A DNA stretch of 64,000 bases from a virus. Lineage: Duplodnaviria > Caudoviricetes. The notes beneath the pieces were generated by a model, which worked only from the letters and a program-made list of their open reading frames with translations, did not search any database and was not told where the DNA came from. A program made the position numbers and the translations under genes. Shown here piece by piece: positions 9,912 to 19,387 of this stretch. Position 1 is the stretch's first letter. Every line of letters begins with the position of its first letter. Location of the stretch: positions 24,117 to 88,116 of the IMG/VR virus record IMGVR_UViG_2519899649_000001; one strand, 5' to 3'.

Positions 9912-10770
9912 AGCGCAGGCGACAGTGGCGCGGGTCCTGCAAATACAGCCTGGTGCCACGCTCAAAGAAGTCATGCAAGCAACCGATATGCCCCAAACAA
10001 CCGCTCTCCGCGCGCTCCGGAAAGTCGCGGTGAGAGATATCGGCGGAGGATGGGTGATAACACCCCAAGGTGACCGCAAGGCTGCGATGGGACCAGTTAC
10101 TAGTCCCGAATCCGATTCGGAGCGACACCAGTTGATAGACGAGGCGAATCCCAACCCCGATTTTGACACCCAGCCGTGCTCGGCGCAGATTTCTTCTGTG
10201 CTTGTCGGTCCTCCACCGCAGGTGGAGGACGTTAAGAACCTCTTCGGTAGTACGACTACGTCGTCCTACCTCAGACCGGGCCAGGGCCCGGAACCGGAGG
10301 GCACGCCTGACATGAAACACCCACGCGGACTCCCAGACCCCGACGCGGCGCTCGATCCGATGAACGTCGTCGAGATCTCCGGGGCGCTTGCCGAGCACCC
10401 CGCGGCCCAGTCCGCAGGACGGCACTCCCGCCGCCGTTCACCGGGCTACAACCTGGCCGAGAAGTTCGCCCAGGCCCTGCCCGACTGCAACCTGTACATG
10501 TCCAAGCCCGAGACCATCAAGCTCGCCTCCGCGCTCAACGCCTGGATCAACGGAGGCATCGCCGAGCACGAGATCAGCGCGATGATCGACCGCTACCTGG
10601 CCGACCCGGGCCTGCGCCGCCCCGAACGCGGAGCACGCATGGACCTGCTGTCGCAGCGCGACAAGCTGCTGGCCATCGTGCGCCGCCCCACCGCCCAGAC
10701 CGGCGACACCTGGGCATGGGACCAGCCCACCGGTTCCAGCAACAGCAACCCCGGATGGGAGTGGGAATGA
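9892..10770 (+). CDS. Putative replication initiator (N-terminal HTH)
   Basis: TLKEVMQATDMPQTTALRAL HTH; directly upstream of and overlapping a DnaC-like loader, as in O/P-type modules. Confidence 0.5.
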   Translation: MTSRLSKAQATVARVLQIQPGATLKEVMQATDMPQTTALRALRKVAVRDIGGGWVITPQGDRKAAMGPVTSPESDSERHQLIDEANPNPDFDTQPCSAQISSVLVGPPPQVEDVKNLFGSTTTSSYLRPGQGPEPEGTPDMKHPRGLPDPDAALDPMNVVEISGALAEHPAAQSAGRHSRRRSPGYNLAEKFAQALPDCNLYMSKPETIKLASALNAWINGGIAEHEISAMIDRYLADPGLRRPERGARMDLLSQRDKLLAIVRRPTAQTGDTWAWDQPTGSSNSNPGWEWE

Positions 10771-11417
10771 GCGCCGTCACCGACCTGAGGGTGCGCACCA
10801 GAAGCGAAGCCGACCTGCGCCGCATGCGCGCCAGTGACACCGTTCGCAAGAAGTACGGCGTTCCCCGGCACCTGTGGGGCCACCGCCTGAGCCACTACGT
10901 AGCCCGCGACGCCGACCAGCGCAACGCCGCCGACATCCTGCTACAGCACTTGCGCGAGTGGGGCAGCCGCAACGGCTCAGCACGTGGGGTCCTGCTGGCC
11001 GGACCCCACGGCACCGGCAAGTCCCACCTGGCCTGCGCGGCGCTCTACGAGCTGGCCTACCAGTCCCGGGAGAAGCAGCTGTGCCGCTTCGTCTCCGCGC
11101 ACGACTACGTGGCCGCCAAACAAACCATCCTCGGAAGATTCGATACCGATGTTTCCGAACGTATCAGCGAGTACCAGGACGCCGACCTGCTGGTGCTGGA
11201 CCAGCTGGGAGGCGAACACCGCACCGCCACCGGCTACGCCGAGAGCACCCTGTACCAGCTGGTGTCGGATCGCTACAACGACGGCCGCCCCACAGTCGTC
11301 ACCACCTGGCTGGGCAAACGTCAGCTGACCGAGATCCACCCGGCGCTGATGAACCTGCTGGAGCGCGAGGCCGCCACGCTGGTGCCGATGACCGGAGGCA
11401 CCGATGCAAGGGGGTGA
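10767..11417 (+). CDS. DnaC/IstB-like AAA+ helicase loader
   Basis: Walker A GPHGTGKSHLA, Walker B LLVLDQLG, RY..GRPTVVTT. Confidence 0.8.
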   Translation: MSAVTDLRVRTRSEADLRRMRASDTVRKKYGVPRHLWGHRLSHYVARDADQRNAADILLQHLREWGSRNGSARGVLLAGPHGTGKSHLACAALYELAYQSREKQLCRFVSAHDYVAAKQTILGRFDTDVSERISEYQDADLLVLDQLGGEHRTATGYAESTLYQLVSDRYNDGRPTVVTTWLGKRQLTEIHPALMNLLEREAATLVPMTGGTDARG

Positions 11418-11844
11418 CATCTCCAACGAGATCGTCCCCCGCATCCATCTGGTGTTCGAGGGACTGGTGGGGTTGCCGCCCAAGCGCACCACCCACCGCT
11501 GGTGGCGTGGCCTGGGCTGCCGCTCGTTCACCGACCCGCGCAGGTGGGAGATCAACCCGGCCGCCACCAAAGTGATCTGGCACCTGTGGGGCCACGACTG
11601 GGGCGTAGACGTGGTCACCCACCTGCTGGACGCCGAAGCGCTGGCCGAACGCCTGTCAGACCTGCCGATCGGCCAGGTGTACGCCACCACACCGAGTCAG
11701 CACGGCCGCGAGCTGTCGTGCCAGCCGCACGTAGTGGCCGTACTCGATCCCGAACCGGGCAGGCAGTTTTCCTACCCAGCCGGTCGAGGCGTGGTCGTCG
11801 ACCCCGACAATCCCGCCGCCAGCCTGGCCGCACTTGGCTTGTAA
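11404..11844 (+). CDS. Hypothetical protein, possibly degenerate HAD fold
   Basis: IHLVFEGLVG sits where a HAD DxDG motif would be; gene is coupled to its neighbours. Confidence 0.45.
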   Translation: MQGGDISNEIVPRIHLVFEGLVGLPPKRTTHRWWRGLGCRSFTDPRRWEINPAATKVIWHLWGHDWGVDVVTHLLDAEALAERLSDLPIGQVYATTPSQHGRELSCQPHVVAVLDPEPGRQFSYPAGRGVVVDPDNPAASLAALGL

Positions 11845-11877
11845 CCAGGCCACCGCGCAGACACAAGGAGATCCCTC

Positions 11878-13446
11878 ATGAGCTGGTCGCAGTACCTGCT
11901 GGCGCGCGACAACATCCGCACCGGCTTCGCCCTGGAGGAGATCCTTGGCCTGCTGGAGGACGTACGTCCCAGTGGGCAGGGCTGGATGGCGCGCTGCCCT
12001 GCCCACGACGACGGCAAAGCCTCCCTGTCGATCAAAGAAGGCGACACCCAGCCGGTCGTGCTCTACTGCCACACCGGCTGCACCCCACGCAGCATCCTCG
12101 AAGCGCTCGGCCTGAGTTTCGGTGCCGTGTGCGACCGCGCGGCGGCCGACTACATCTACACCGACGAGCTGGGCGCCGGCCTGTTCATGAAGCGCCGCAA
12201 GCCCGGCAAGGACTTCACGATCCTGCACTACACCGAGGGTGGCCTTGCCCCGGGTCTCGGCGATGCCCGCAAGGTGCTGTACAACCTGCCTCAGGTGCGC
12301 CGCGCTGTCGCCGCGGGCGAGACCGTGTACATCGTCGAAGGCGAGAAGGACGTCGAGTCCGCCCGCAAGATGGGCCAGGTCGCCACGACAAACCACGAGG
12401 GTGCCAGCAAGGACAGCCAGTCCACCAAGTGGCTGCCCGAGTACACCCAACAGCTCGCTGGTGTCCACGCGGTCATCATCGCCGACCACGACGAAGCAGG
12501 GCTCGCCCACGCCCGCGCCGTCTACAAGGCCCTCAAACCGGTCGCAGCCTCCCTCAAGGTCGTACGGGGCCGCGCCACCGGTAAGGGCGCCGACCTGACC
12601 GACCACCTGGAAGCGGGCTACGGCTTCGACCAGCTCAAAGAGATCTCGGTCGAGCCACACCTGAACTGGTCCAGCTTCCTGGCCACCGACTTCGGCGAGG
12701 TTCCTTGGCTGGCCGGACGCCTCATGGCCAAAGGCGAACACGTCGCGCTGGTCGGCGACGCCAAGGCCGGCAAGTCGCTGTTCTCCCAGGAGTGGGCCTG
12801 GCGCATGGCCGCGGGCCTGCCGTTTCTGGGCTGGGACAAGACCGAGCCGGTGCGCGTGGCCTACCTGGACAAGGAGAACGGCCTGCGCGTCATCCAGGAA
12901 CGCTTCCACGCCTTCGGCGCCGAACCTGGCCAGCTGGAGAACCTGCTGTACGTCCCGTTCCCCGAGATATCTCCGCTCAACTCGGCAGCAGGCGGAGCCC
13001 AGATGGTCGACCTGGTCCTGGAGTACGGGGCCCAGGTGGTGTTCATCGACACCGTCAGCCGCTTCGTCCAAGGCAAAGAGAACGAATCGAGCACCTGGCA
13101 CGGCCTCTACACCTGCACACTCATGCCGCTCAAGAGCGAAGGGATCGCCACGGTCCGCCTGGACCACTTCGGCAAGGACCGTGGCCAGGGCGCACGAGGC
13201 CACTCCTCCAAGAGCGACGACGTCGATCACGTGTGGGAGCTGCGCGCCGACGGGGACCTGCTCAAACTGATCCGCACCCACACCCGCACTGGCCACGGCC
13301 CCGACGAGTTCATGATCCTGCGCCACGGCACCCGCACCGCCGAGGGGCACTGGGAGCGCGGCCAGACCCGGCACGTGGTGGCCGCCGACTGGACCGGCAC
13401 CGTCTGGGAGGACGACGAGGAACTCCAGGGTGCCCCCGGATATTGA
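11878..13446 (+). CDS. Primase-helicase (Zn finger + TOPRIM + RepA/AAA_25-type ATPase)
   Basis: ARCPAHDD...YCHTGC, VYIVEGEKDV, IIADHDEAG, GDAKAGKS, VAYLDKEN, VFIDTVS, ARGHS. Confidence 0.85.
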   Translation: MSWSQYLLARDNIRTGFALEEILGLLEDVRPSGQGWMARCPAHDDGKASLSIKEGDTQPVVLYCHTGCTPRSILEALGLSFGAVCDRAAADYIYTDELGAGLFMKRRKPGKDFTILHYTEGGLAPGLGDARKVLYNLPQVRRAVAAGETVYIVEGEKDVESARKMGQVATTNHEGASKDSQSTKWLPEYTQQLAGVHAVIIADHDEAGLAHARAVYKALKPVAASLKVVRGRATGKGADLTDHLEAGYGFDQLKEISVEPHLNWSSFLATDFGEVPWLAGRLMAKGEHVALVGDAKAGKSLFSQEWAWRMAAGLPFLGWDKTEPVRVAYLDKENGLRVIQERFHAFGAEPGQLENLLYVPFPEISPLNSAAGGAQMVDLVLEYGAQVVFIDTVSRFVQGKENESSTWHGLYTCTLMPLKSEGIATVRLDHFGKDRGQGARGHSSKSDDVDHVWELRADGDLLKLIRTHTRTGHGPDEFMILRHGTRTAEGHWERGQTRHVVAADWTGTVWEDDEELQGAPGY

Positions 13447-13730
13447 ACGTCAAGCCATTCAAAACCGATCCGATGATTTCGGCCAGGTCGCCCCGGCTTG
13501 AATAGCAACACGAGTCGGACAATGTGAAGCGACCGCACTTTGAAAGTTCCGAAGGAGCACTTTGGTCGGTGGGCCCGCCCGCCGCCATTGCGTAAATCGG
13601 GCCACGCCAGTGGTCAAGAATTAATGCCGCCCGATATGTCCGTTACCCCAGGGGTACCTTAATAGCAACTCGACGTGCCGGAAACCGGACGACGAGTTTC
13701 TACCTCGGGTACTCAAACAAGGGGACAGCC

Positions 13731-14177
13731 ATGTCTGAAACGGCGGCGCCAGCCTGCCCGGAAGACGTTATTGCTCATCGCCTCGCCGCCCAGTACTTCA
13801 TGCTGAAGCGCGAGGCTGCGGCCCTGAAGAACCGCATGGATCTGGTGCGCGGCGACTTGGCCGGCATCATCTACAAGCACGGCGAACGAGATGACCGGGG
13901 GTCGGTGTATCTGCCCCTGAAGGATGCCATCGAAAACGGCGACAAGTCCATCACCTCGCTGAAGATGGAACGTCGTGTCTCCTCGCGCGTGAACGAGCAG
14001 ATCGCCGAAGACATCCTGAAGGAAAAGGGCCTGTGGGGCGAGGCCGCCCAGGTCATCACCGTCATCAACCCAGAAGCAATCTTCGCGTTGTACGCCGAAG
14101 ACAAGCTCACCGATGACGAGCTGGACAAGATCCTGGAGCAGTCCGAGTCCTTCGCATTGAAGGACGTGGCGGCATGA
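13731..14177 (+). CDS. Hypothetical protein (helical N-terminus)
   Basis: RBS AAGGGGA before the ATG; stop overlaps the next ATG. Confidence 0.65.
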   Translation: MSETAAPACPEDVIAHRLAAQYFMLKREAAALKNRMDLVRGDLAGIIYKHGERDDRGSVYLPLKDAIENGDKSITSLKMERRVSSRVNEQIAEDILKEKGLWGEAAQVITVINPEAIFALYAEDKLTDDELDKILEQSESFALKDVAA

Positions 14178-14632
14178 CCGAGTATTACCCGGGCTCTCGC
14201 ACGCCGATCAACCGCAACGGCCGCCACCTTCGCCCGGCCACCTCCAACGCGGTCCCGGAAATCCCCGACCACATCCGCCCGCAGCCCTGGCGCTGCCAGG
14301 GCGAGGTGATCGACCTCTACACGGTCGGGCAGCTGGCCGACATCCTCGGGCGCAAAGCCGTCACCCTGCGCAAGTGGGAAGCCGAGGGTGTCATCCCGCC
14401 GACCCGGCTGCGCTCGCCGTCCCAGGACCCGCGCGCCCGCAAGCGGCTCTACACCCGCGAGCAGGTGCAGGGGATTCTGAAGATCGCCCACGAGGAAGGC
14501 ATCCTCAACTCCTCGCGCCGCCCCTTGGGCCAGACCCGCTTCAAGACCCGCGTCGCCGAGCTGTTCACCGGCCTGGAAGAGGCCGCCCGCGCCCGCGCCG
14601 CCCGCACCGACACCCACCAGGAGGCGGCGTAA
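14174..14632 (+). CDS. MerR-like HTH DNA-binding protein
   Basis: YTVGQLADILGRKAVTLRKWEAEGVIP...RLYTREQV. Confidence 0.8.
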   Translation: MTEYYPGSRTPINRNGRHLRPATSNAVPEIPDHIRPQPWRCQGEVIDLYTVGQLADILGRKAVTLRKWEAEGVIPPTRLRSPSQDPRARKRLYTREQVQGILKIAHEEGILNSSRRPLGQTRFKTRVAELFTGLEEAARARAARTDTHQEAA

Positions 14633-14922
14633 TGCTGCACAGCGAACCCCACCCCAACGCAGGCCAGACCGTGACCATCGCCGCCACCGGCGACTCCTAC
14701 GTCATCGAGGACTGGTGGGACCGCGTCGGCGGACAGTCCTGGATGTCCAGCGGAGGCACCATCGCCTGCCTGGACTACGCGATCCACTCCTTCAACGCGG
14801 GCCTGCCCTTGGACGACGAGGTGGTCTACGGCAAGACCGACGGCCTGGGCTACCTGCACCACGTCTCCGAACTCGACTTGGCCACCAGCAACGACACCAG
14901 CCAGGGAGCCCAGGCCGCATGA
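14632..14922 (+). CDS. Hypothetical protein
   Basis: TAATG coupling upstream and ATGA coupling downstream. Confidence 0.65.
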   Translation: MLHSEPHPNAGQTVTIAATGDSYVIEDWWDRVGGQSWMSSGGTIACLDYAIHSFNAGLPLDDEVVYGKTDGLGYLHHVSELDLATSNDTSQGAQAA

Positions 14923-15179
14923 AGATCACCCGCAGCATCCGGCACCACATCGCCATGGGCAAGTACGAGTGGCTCGAAGTCGGCGCGGAGGTCGAGCTGA
15001 CCAGCGACGACAACCACGAGCTGGCCCAGCGCCCCGAGGAGTTCTTCGACCAGCTCGGTGAGCTGCTGGAGAAGGCCACCTCCGTCGAGCTGATCGACGC
15101 CGCCGCCACCACCGGCGAGAGCGGCTCCTACGTCCTGCGCCACCCACTGGTCACCCAGAACACCCACGACGAAGAGTAA
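14919..15179 (+). CDS. Hypothetical protein
   Basis: ATGA overlap; GC3-biased codons. Confidence 0.6.
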   Translation: MKITRSIRHHIAMGKYEWLEVGAEVELTSDDNHELAQRPEEFFDQLGELLEKATSVELIDAAATTGESGSYVLRHPLVTQNTHDEE

Positions 15180-15191
15180 GGACACCCACCC

Positions 15192-16097
15192 GTGCCGCGC
15201 ACCATCTCCCGTCGCCCTGCCGCGACGACCAACGCATCCACCGCTCGCGACCTGCCTGAGCCCACCGAGAACGACATCGAGGTCGACAACAAGCGCCGGG
15301 CACGCACCGCCGAGACCGCCGAGAAGATCGTCACCAGCCTGGACGAACGCCGTGCCCGCAAGGCGGCCGAGGCTGAGGAGATCACCCGCGAGGAGATCGA
15401 CGAGATCCAGGACCAGATCGCCGAGTCCAAGCGCAACCACCCCTCCAACGCCGCCCGCAAGGCGTTCGACCGTGGCGCCAGCGAGGGCAAGGCCCCGGCC
15501 ACCTCGGGCACAGGCTGGGGGTCCTACAAGACCCTGCGTGCCGAGTCGGGCGGCTTCGCCTCCAACCTGAAGATCGAGGAGGACACCGACACCGTCATCA
15601 AGATCTTGGATGACGAGCCGGTCGCCGCCTACTACCAGCACTGGCTGGACCGCACCGAGGGCCAGCGCGGCTTCGTCTGCCTGCGCGAGAACTGCCCGCT
15701 GTGCGACGAGCTGGGCAACGACCCCAGATTGCAGGTCTCTTTCAACGTCGTCCTGATGAACGCCGACGGCGACTCTTCGGCCGAGCCCGAGCTGAAGGTT
15801 TGGACGGTCGGGCCGATGGTGGCGGACCTGCTGGTCGAGTTCGCCGCCAAGGACCGCACCAGCCCGATCAACCGCGACGACCTCTACTTCCTGGTCACCC
15901 GCACTGGCAGCGGCTTGAAGACCAAGTACCGGGTCGACGCGGTCAAGCTGCGCGATCTGGAGGAGGACCACGGCATCACGCCGCTCACCGACGCCGAGCT
16001 GAAGCAGTTCAAGGTCGAGCGGTGGAAGCACGACGACCTGGTGGAGCGCAAGACCCGCGCCGAGCTGCGCGAGGTCGTCGAAGCGGTCGCCGCCTGA
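15192..16097 (+). CDS. gp32-like single-stranded DNA-binding protein
   Basis: IKILDDEP...YYQHW...FVCLRENCPLCD...SFNVV...LKVW...TRTGSGLKTKY; acidic composition; precedes the polymerase. Confidence 0.7.
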   Translation: MPRTISRRPAATTNASTARDLPEPTENDIEVDNKRRARTAETAEKIVTSLDERRARKAAEAEEITREEIDEIQDQIAESKRNHPSNAARKAFDRGASEGKAPATSGTGWGSYKTLRAESGGFASNLKIEEDTDTVIKILDDEPVAAYYQHWLDRTEGQRGFVCLRENCPLCDELGNDPRLQVSFNVVLMNADGDSSAEPELKVWTVGPMVADLLVEFAAKDRTSPINRDDLYFLVTRTGSGLKTKYRVDAVKLRDLEEDHGITPLTDAELKQFKVERWKHDDLVERKTRAELREVVEAVAA

Positions 16098-16113
16098 CAC
16101 CCACCCCGCGCCG

Positions 16114-16148
16114 GGGGCGTCGACTCCGGGAAGAGGAGTCGACGCCCC
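16114..16148 (+). terminator. Perfect 14-bp hairpin between SSB and polymerase
   Basis: GGGGCGTCGACTCC-gggaaga-GGAGTCGACGCCCC. Confidence 0.55.
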
Positions 16149-16178
16149 TTGGCCCCGCCCTACCAGAAAGGACACGCA

Positions 16179-18113
16179 ATGCGGTTCACACGCCGAGTGG
16201 TCACCACCCCTGACCACCTCGCCCACGTGGCCGCCGTGCTGTCCACCCGCAACGCGTTCGCCTTCGACATCGAGGCGGCGGGAGCCCACCGCGGCGTCCC
16301 GGCCCGCTGCAATGTGACCTGGTTGTCGATCGCCACCGGCGGCGGCAACGCCTGGACCATCCCGATGGGGCACCCGATCGGGGACACCGTCGTCGGCGAG
16401 CGCATCGTCCCCACCCCCGACAAGAACGGCAAGATGATCAACCGGCGTCATCCGGTCTGGGAGCAGCCCCCGGCCCAGCTGGATCGCCGCCAAGTCTTCG
16501 ACACCCTCGCCCCGATCTTCATGTCCGACCGGATCAAGGTCGCCCACTCCATGCCCACCGACGCGGTCGCGGTCTCCCAGCACCTGCCCGGCGGACAGAT
16601 CCCCCCGCCCCCCTACTTCGACACCATCGTGGCCGGGTGGCTGCTCAACGAGAACGTGCAGAAGGGTCTCAAGCCGACCGTCAAGCGCCTGTACGGCCAC
16701 GCCTACGACACCGAAGACGTCGGCAAGTGCGTGGAGAAGCACCCCTTCTCCAAGGTCACGACCTACTCCTACCTGGACTCCCACTACACCTGGCTTCTGT
16801 ACCGGCGCTACCGCCGCATGATCGCCGAGCGCGACCTGACCGGCGTGATGGACCTGGAGATGGGTGTGCTGGAGCAGCTGCTGCCGGCGTTCAAGGCGGG
16901 CACCATGCTGGACGCCGACGCGCTGAGCAAGCTCAAGGTCGAGCTGACCGACGAGACCGCGCGCCGCCTGGCCGCCTGCCACACCGTCGCCGGTCGCGAG
17001 TTCAACGTCGCCTCCACCCAACAAAAGCAACGCCTGCTGTTCGCACCCAAGTCCGAGGGCGGCCGGGGCCTGAAGGTTCTCCAGCTCACCGACACCGGGC
17101 AGCCCTCCACCAGCGCCGAAGCCCTGGAGCCTCACCGCGGCGACGCCGTGGTGGACGCGCTGCTGGACTACGCCGAGACCAGCAAGCTGCTGTCGACATA
17201 TGTGGACGGCTACCTGGGCGACCCGGAAAAGGACCGCGAGCCCATCGTGTTCGACGACCAGGTCCCTGGCCGCCTCACCGTGCACACCAACCTGTGCCAG
17301 TACGGGACCGTCACCGGAAGGTTCTCCTCCTTCCAGCCCAACCTCCAGAACATCCCCAGGCCGGACACCGTGTGGGGCAAGCCGATCCGGTCGCTGTTCG
17401 TCGCGCCGCCCGTCCACAAGCTGGTGGTCGCCGACTACGGCCAGGTCGAACTGGTGATCTTGGCCCACTACCTGGGCGAGGGCGCCCTGTACGAGGGCAT
17501 CCTGCGCGGCATCGACCCCCACACCGCCACCGCCGCCACGGTCTTCGGCGTCACCCCCCTCCAGGTCACCAAAGCCCAGAGGCAGTGCGCCAAGGGATTG
17601 AACTTCGCCGTGGTCTACGGGGCCGGACCCGGGAAGGTCGCGCAGATGGCGGGCATCACCGTCGCCGAGGCCAAGAAGTTCATGCGCAAGCACGAGCAGC
17701 TGTTCCCCGAGATCTACCGGTTCAAAAAGCGCGTGATCGCCGAGGCCCGCCGCCGCAAGCCCCCGCACGTGCGCACGCTGCTGGGCCGCTACCGGCGCGT
17801 GCCCGAGCTGTGCGCCCGCGAGGACGGCATCAGGAAGAAGGCCGAACGGCAGATCTTCAACAGCTTGATCCAAGGCAGCGGCGCGGACCTGATGAAGCTG
17901 GCGATCACCCGGCTTCCCGATGCGCTTCCGGCCGGGGCGCGCATGGCGCTGACGATCCACGACGAGCTGGTGTGCGTGGCTCCCGAGGAGATCGCCGAGC
18001 AGTGCGCCAAGGGCTTGGAGCAGGCGATGGTCGGACCCGGCATCGCCGACCTTTTGAAGGTCCCGCTCACCACCGACGTCAAGATCGTCGACTGCTGGGC
18101 GGAGGCCAAGTGA
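16179..18113 (+). CDS. DNA polymerase I-like (family A) with 3'-5' exonuclease
   Basis: FDIE exonuclease I, TGRFSS.QPNLQNIP, motif A ADYGQVELVILAH, motif B KGLNFAVVYG, motif C IHDELV. Confidence 0.95.
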   Translation: MRFTRRVVTTPDHLAHVAAVLSTRNAFAFDIEAAGAHRGVPARCNVTWLSIATGGGNAWTIPMGHPIGDTVVGERIVPTPDKNGKMINRRHPVWEQPPAQLDRRQVFDTLAPIFMSDRIKVAHSMPTDAVAVSQHLPGGQIPPPPYFDTIVAGWLLNENVQKGLKPTVKRLYGHAYDTEDVGKCVEKHPFSKVTTYSYLDSHYTWLLYRRYRRMIAERDLTGVMDLEMGVLEQLLPAFKAGTMLDADALSKLKVELTDETARRLAACHTVAGREFNVASTQQKQRLLFAPKSEGGRGLKVLQLTDTGQPSTSAEALEPHRGDAVVDALLDYAETSKLLSTYVDGYLGDPEKDREPIVFDDQVPGRLTVHTNLCQYGTVTGRFSSFQPNLQNIPRPDTVWGKPIRSLFVAPPVHKLVVADYGQVELVILAHYLGEGALYEGILRGIDPHTATAATVFGVTPLQVTKAQRQCAKGLNFAVVYGAGPGKVAQMAGITVAEAKKFMRKHEQLFPEIYRFKKRVIAEARRRKPPHVRTLLGRYRRVPELCAREDGIRKKAERQIFNSLIQGSGADLMKLAITRLPDALPAGARMALTIHDELVCVAPEEIAEQCAKGLEQAMVGPGIADLLKVPLTTDVKIVDCWAEAK

Positions 18114-18607
18114 TGCAGACGCCCGCGCAGCAGCACGCCGACTGGAACCGCTTCTGGGCGCTGGTCGACAAGGACCCTGACCACCCCGACGGCTGCTGGG
18201 AGTGGATGGGAAACGTCAACCGCGACGGCTACGGCGAATTCTCCTTGCAGTACCGCAACACCGGGTCGGGCTGGCGGTCCACGAACGTCCGGGCCCACCG
18301 CCAGGCGTACGAGTGGCTGGTCGGACCGATCCCGCCGGAGATGACGATCGAGCACGAGTGCGTCAACCGCACCTGTGTTCGCCCGGCGGTCGGTCACTGC
18401 ATCGTGCTCAGCCGGGGGGAGAACGCGTTGCGCGGCACTGGCCCGGCCGCGCAGAACAAGCGCAAGACCCACTGCATTCGCGGTCACGAGCTTGCCGGCG
18501 ACAACCTCACCACTCGCGCTGGGCGTCGCGAATGCCGCACCTGCACCAACGCCGCGCGCCGTGCCCGCCGCGCCGAGACGAAGGGTGCCGATGATGCTGC
18601 CGCCTGA
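18113..18607 (+). CDS. HNH endonuclease
   Basis: GCWEWMG...GYG...AHRQAYEWLVGPIP...C.NRTCVRP...EN..RG, KTHCIRGH, RECRTC. Confidence 0.85.
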   Translation: MQTPAQQHADWNRFWALVDKDPDHPDGCWEWMGNVNRDGYGEFSLQYRNTGSGWRSTNVRAHRQAYEWLVGPIPPEMTIEHECVNRTCVRPAVGHCIVLSRGENALRGTGPAAQNKRKTHCIRGHELAGDNLTTRAGRRECRTCTNAARRARRAETKGADDAAA

Positions 18608-18950
18608 GATGACACTGCCGATCACCCGCCAGCTGGCCTGGGACACCCTGCCGTGCGACCAGGTCGAGCGAGTGCTGGCCAGCATCGGGCTGGTCCCGCC
18701 CGGCCCCGAGGTGTCCGAAGCCGAGCACTACGCCTCCCACCAGCGCCTGGCCGCCACCGCGCCGGTCGAGCCCGTCATCGCGCGTTACGCCCCGCAGTTG
18801 GCCCGCCTGATCGTCACCGCCTCCCTGGTCGAGGGAGTGGAGACCGAGCCCGAGGTCGCCGAAGCGCTGGTCGCCCAGTATGCCGCGCTGATCGCCGCCA
18901 CCACCAAAACGATCGTCGCGCACCTGATCGACGAAGGCCACTTGGGTTAG
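18591..18950 (+). CDS. Hypothetical protein
   Basis: Overlaps the HNH stop; codon bias. Confidence 0.6.
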   Translation: MMLPPEMTLPITRQLAWDTLPCDQVERVLASIGLVPPGPEVSEAEHYASHQRLAATAPVEPVIARYAPQLARLIVTASLVEGVETEPEVAEALVAQYAALIAATTKTIVAHLIDEGHLG

Positions 18951-18961
18951 AGGAGCAACAG

Positions 18962-19375
18962 ATGTCTGGATTCTGGGACAACAAACTCGGCAACCCCCGC
19001 CCGGCGCCCCCGGCCGCGCCGGTGCAGCAGACTCCGGCCGGTCAGCAGCTTCCGTGGTGGGCCTACCCCTCTACCCCGCACACCCCGCAGCCGCTCGCCT
19101 CGCAGGACGAGCAGAGCCATGCCCAGGTCGCCGCCAGCAAGGCCGCCTCCGCCCGGCAGAACCTGCGCTGCCCCGACTGCCACTCGGGCAACTACTTCAC
19201 CGTCGCCGGCCTGGGCGGCGGCGCCCGCTGCTTCGACTGCGGCTACCCGGTGCGCCACTCCACCTCCGGTGCCTCCCTGCCCTCCCACCTGACCTCCGAG
19301 CAGCCCACCCGGGCGGCCCGGCAACTGCCGACCGAGGGCTTCCAGCCCACCAAGGTCGTCGACCGCATCGCATAA
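18962..19375 (+). CDS. Zn-ribbon hypothetical protein
   Basis: CPDC...CFDC; RBS GAGGAG. Confidence 0.65.
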   Translation: MSGFWDNKLGNPRPAPPAAPVQQTPAGQQLPWWAYPSTPHTPQPLASQDEQSHAQVAASKAASARQNLRCPDCHSGNYFTVAGLGGGARCFDCGYPVRHSTSGASLPSHLTSEQPTRAARQLPTEGFQPTKVVDRIA

Positions 19376-19387
19376 CCAGGGGGCACC

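Noticed and set aside
13545-13580. GGAGCACT at 13553 as a fifth copy of the 55-kb motif
   Set aside because: No CCG-N8-GGTAAGGT follows it.
14850-17960. Long antisense ORFs (1036 aa here; also 18947-21625, 2235-3983, 11656-13374, 37654-39234)
   Set aside because: Shadow ORFs opposite well-supported genes, expected from GC3 bias; no recognisable motifs.
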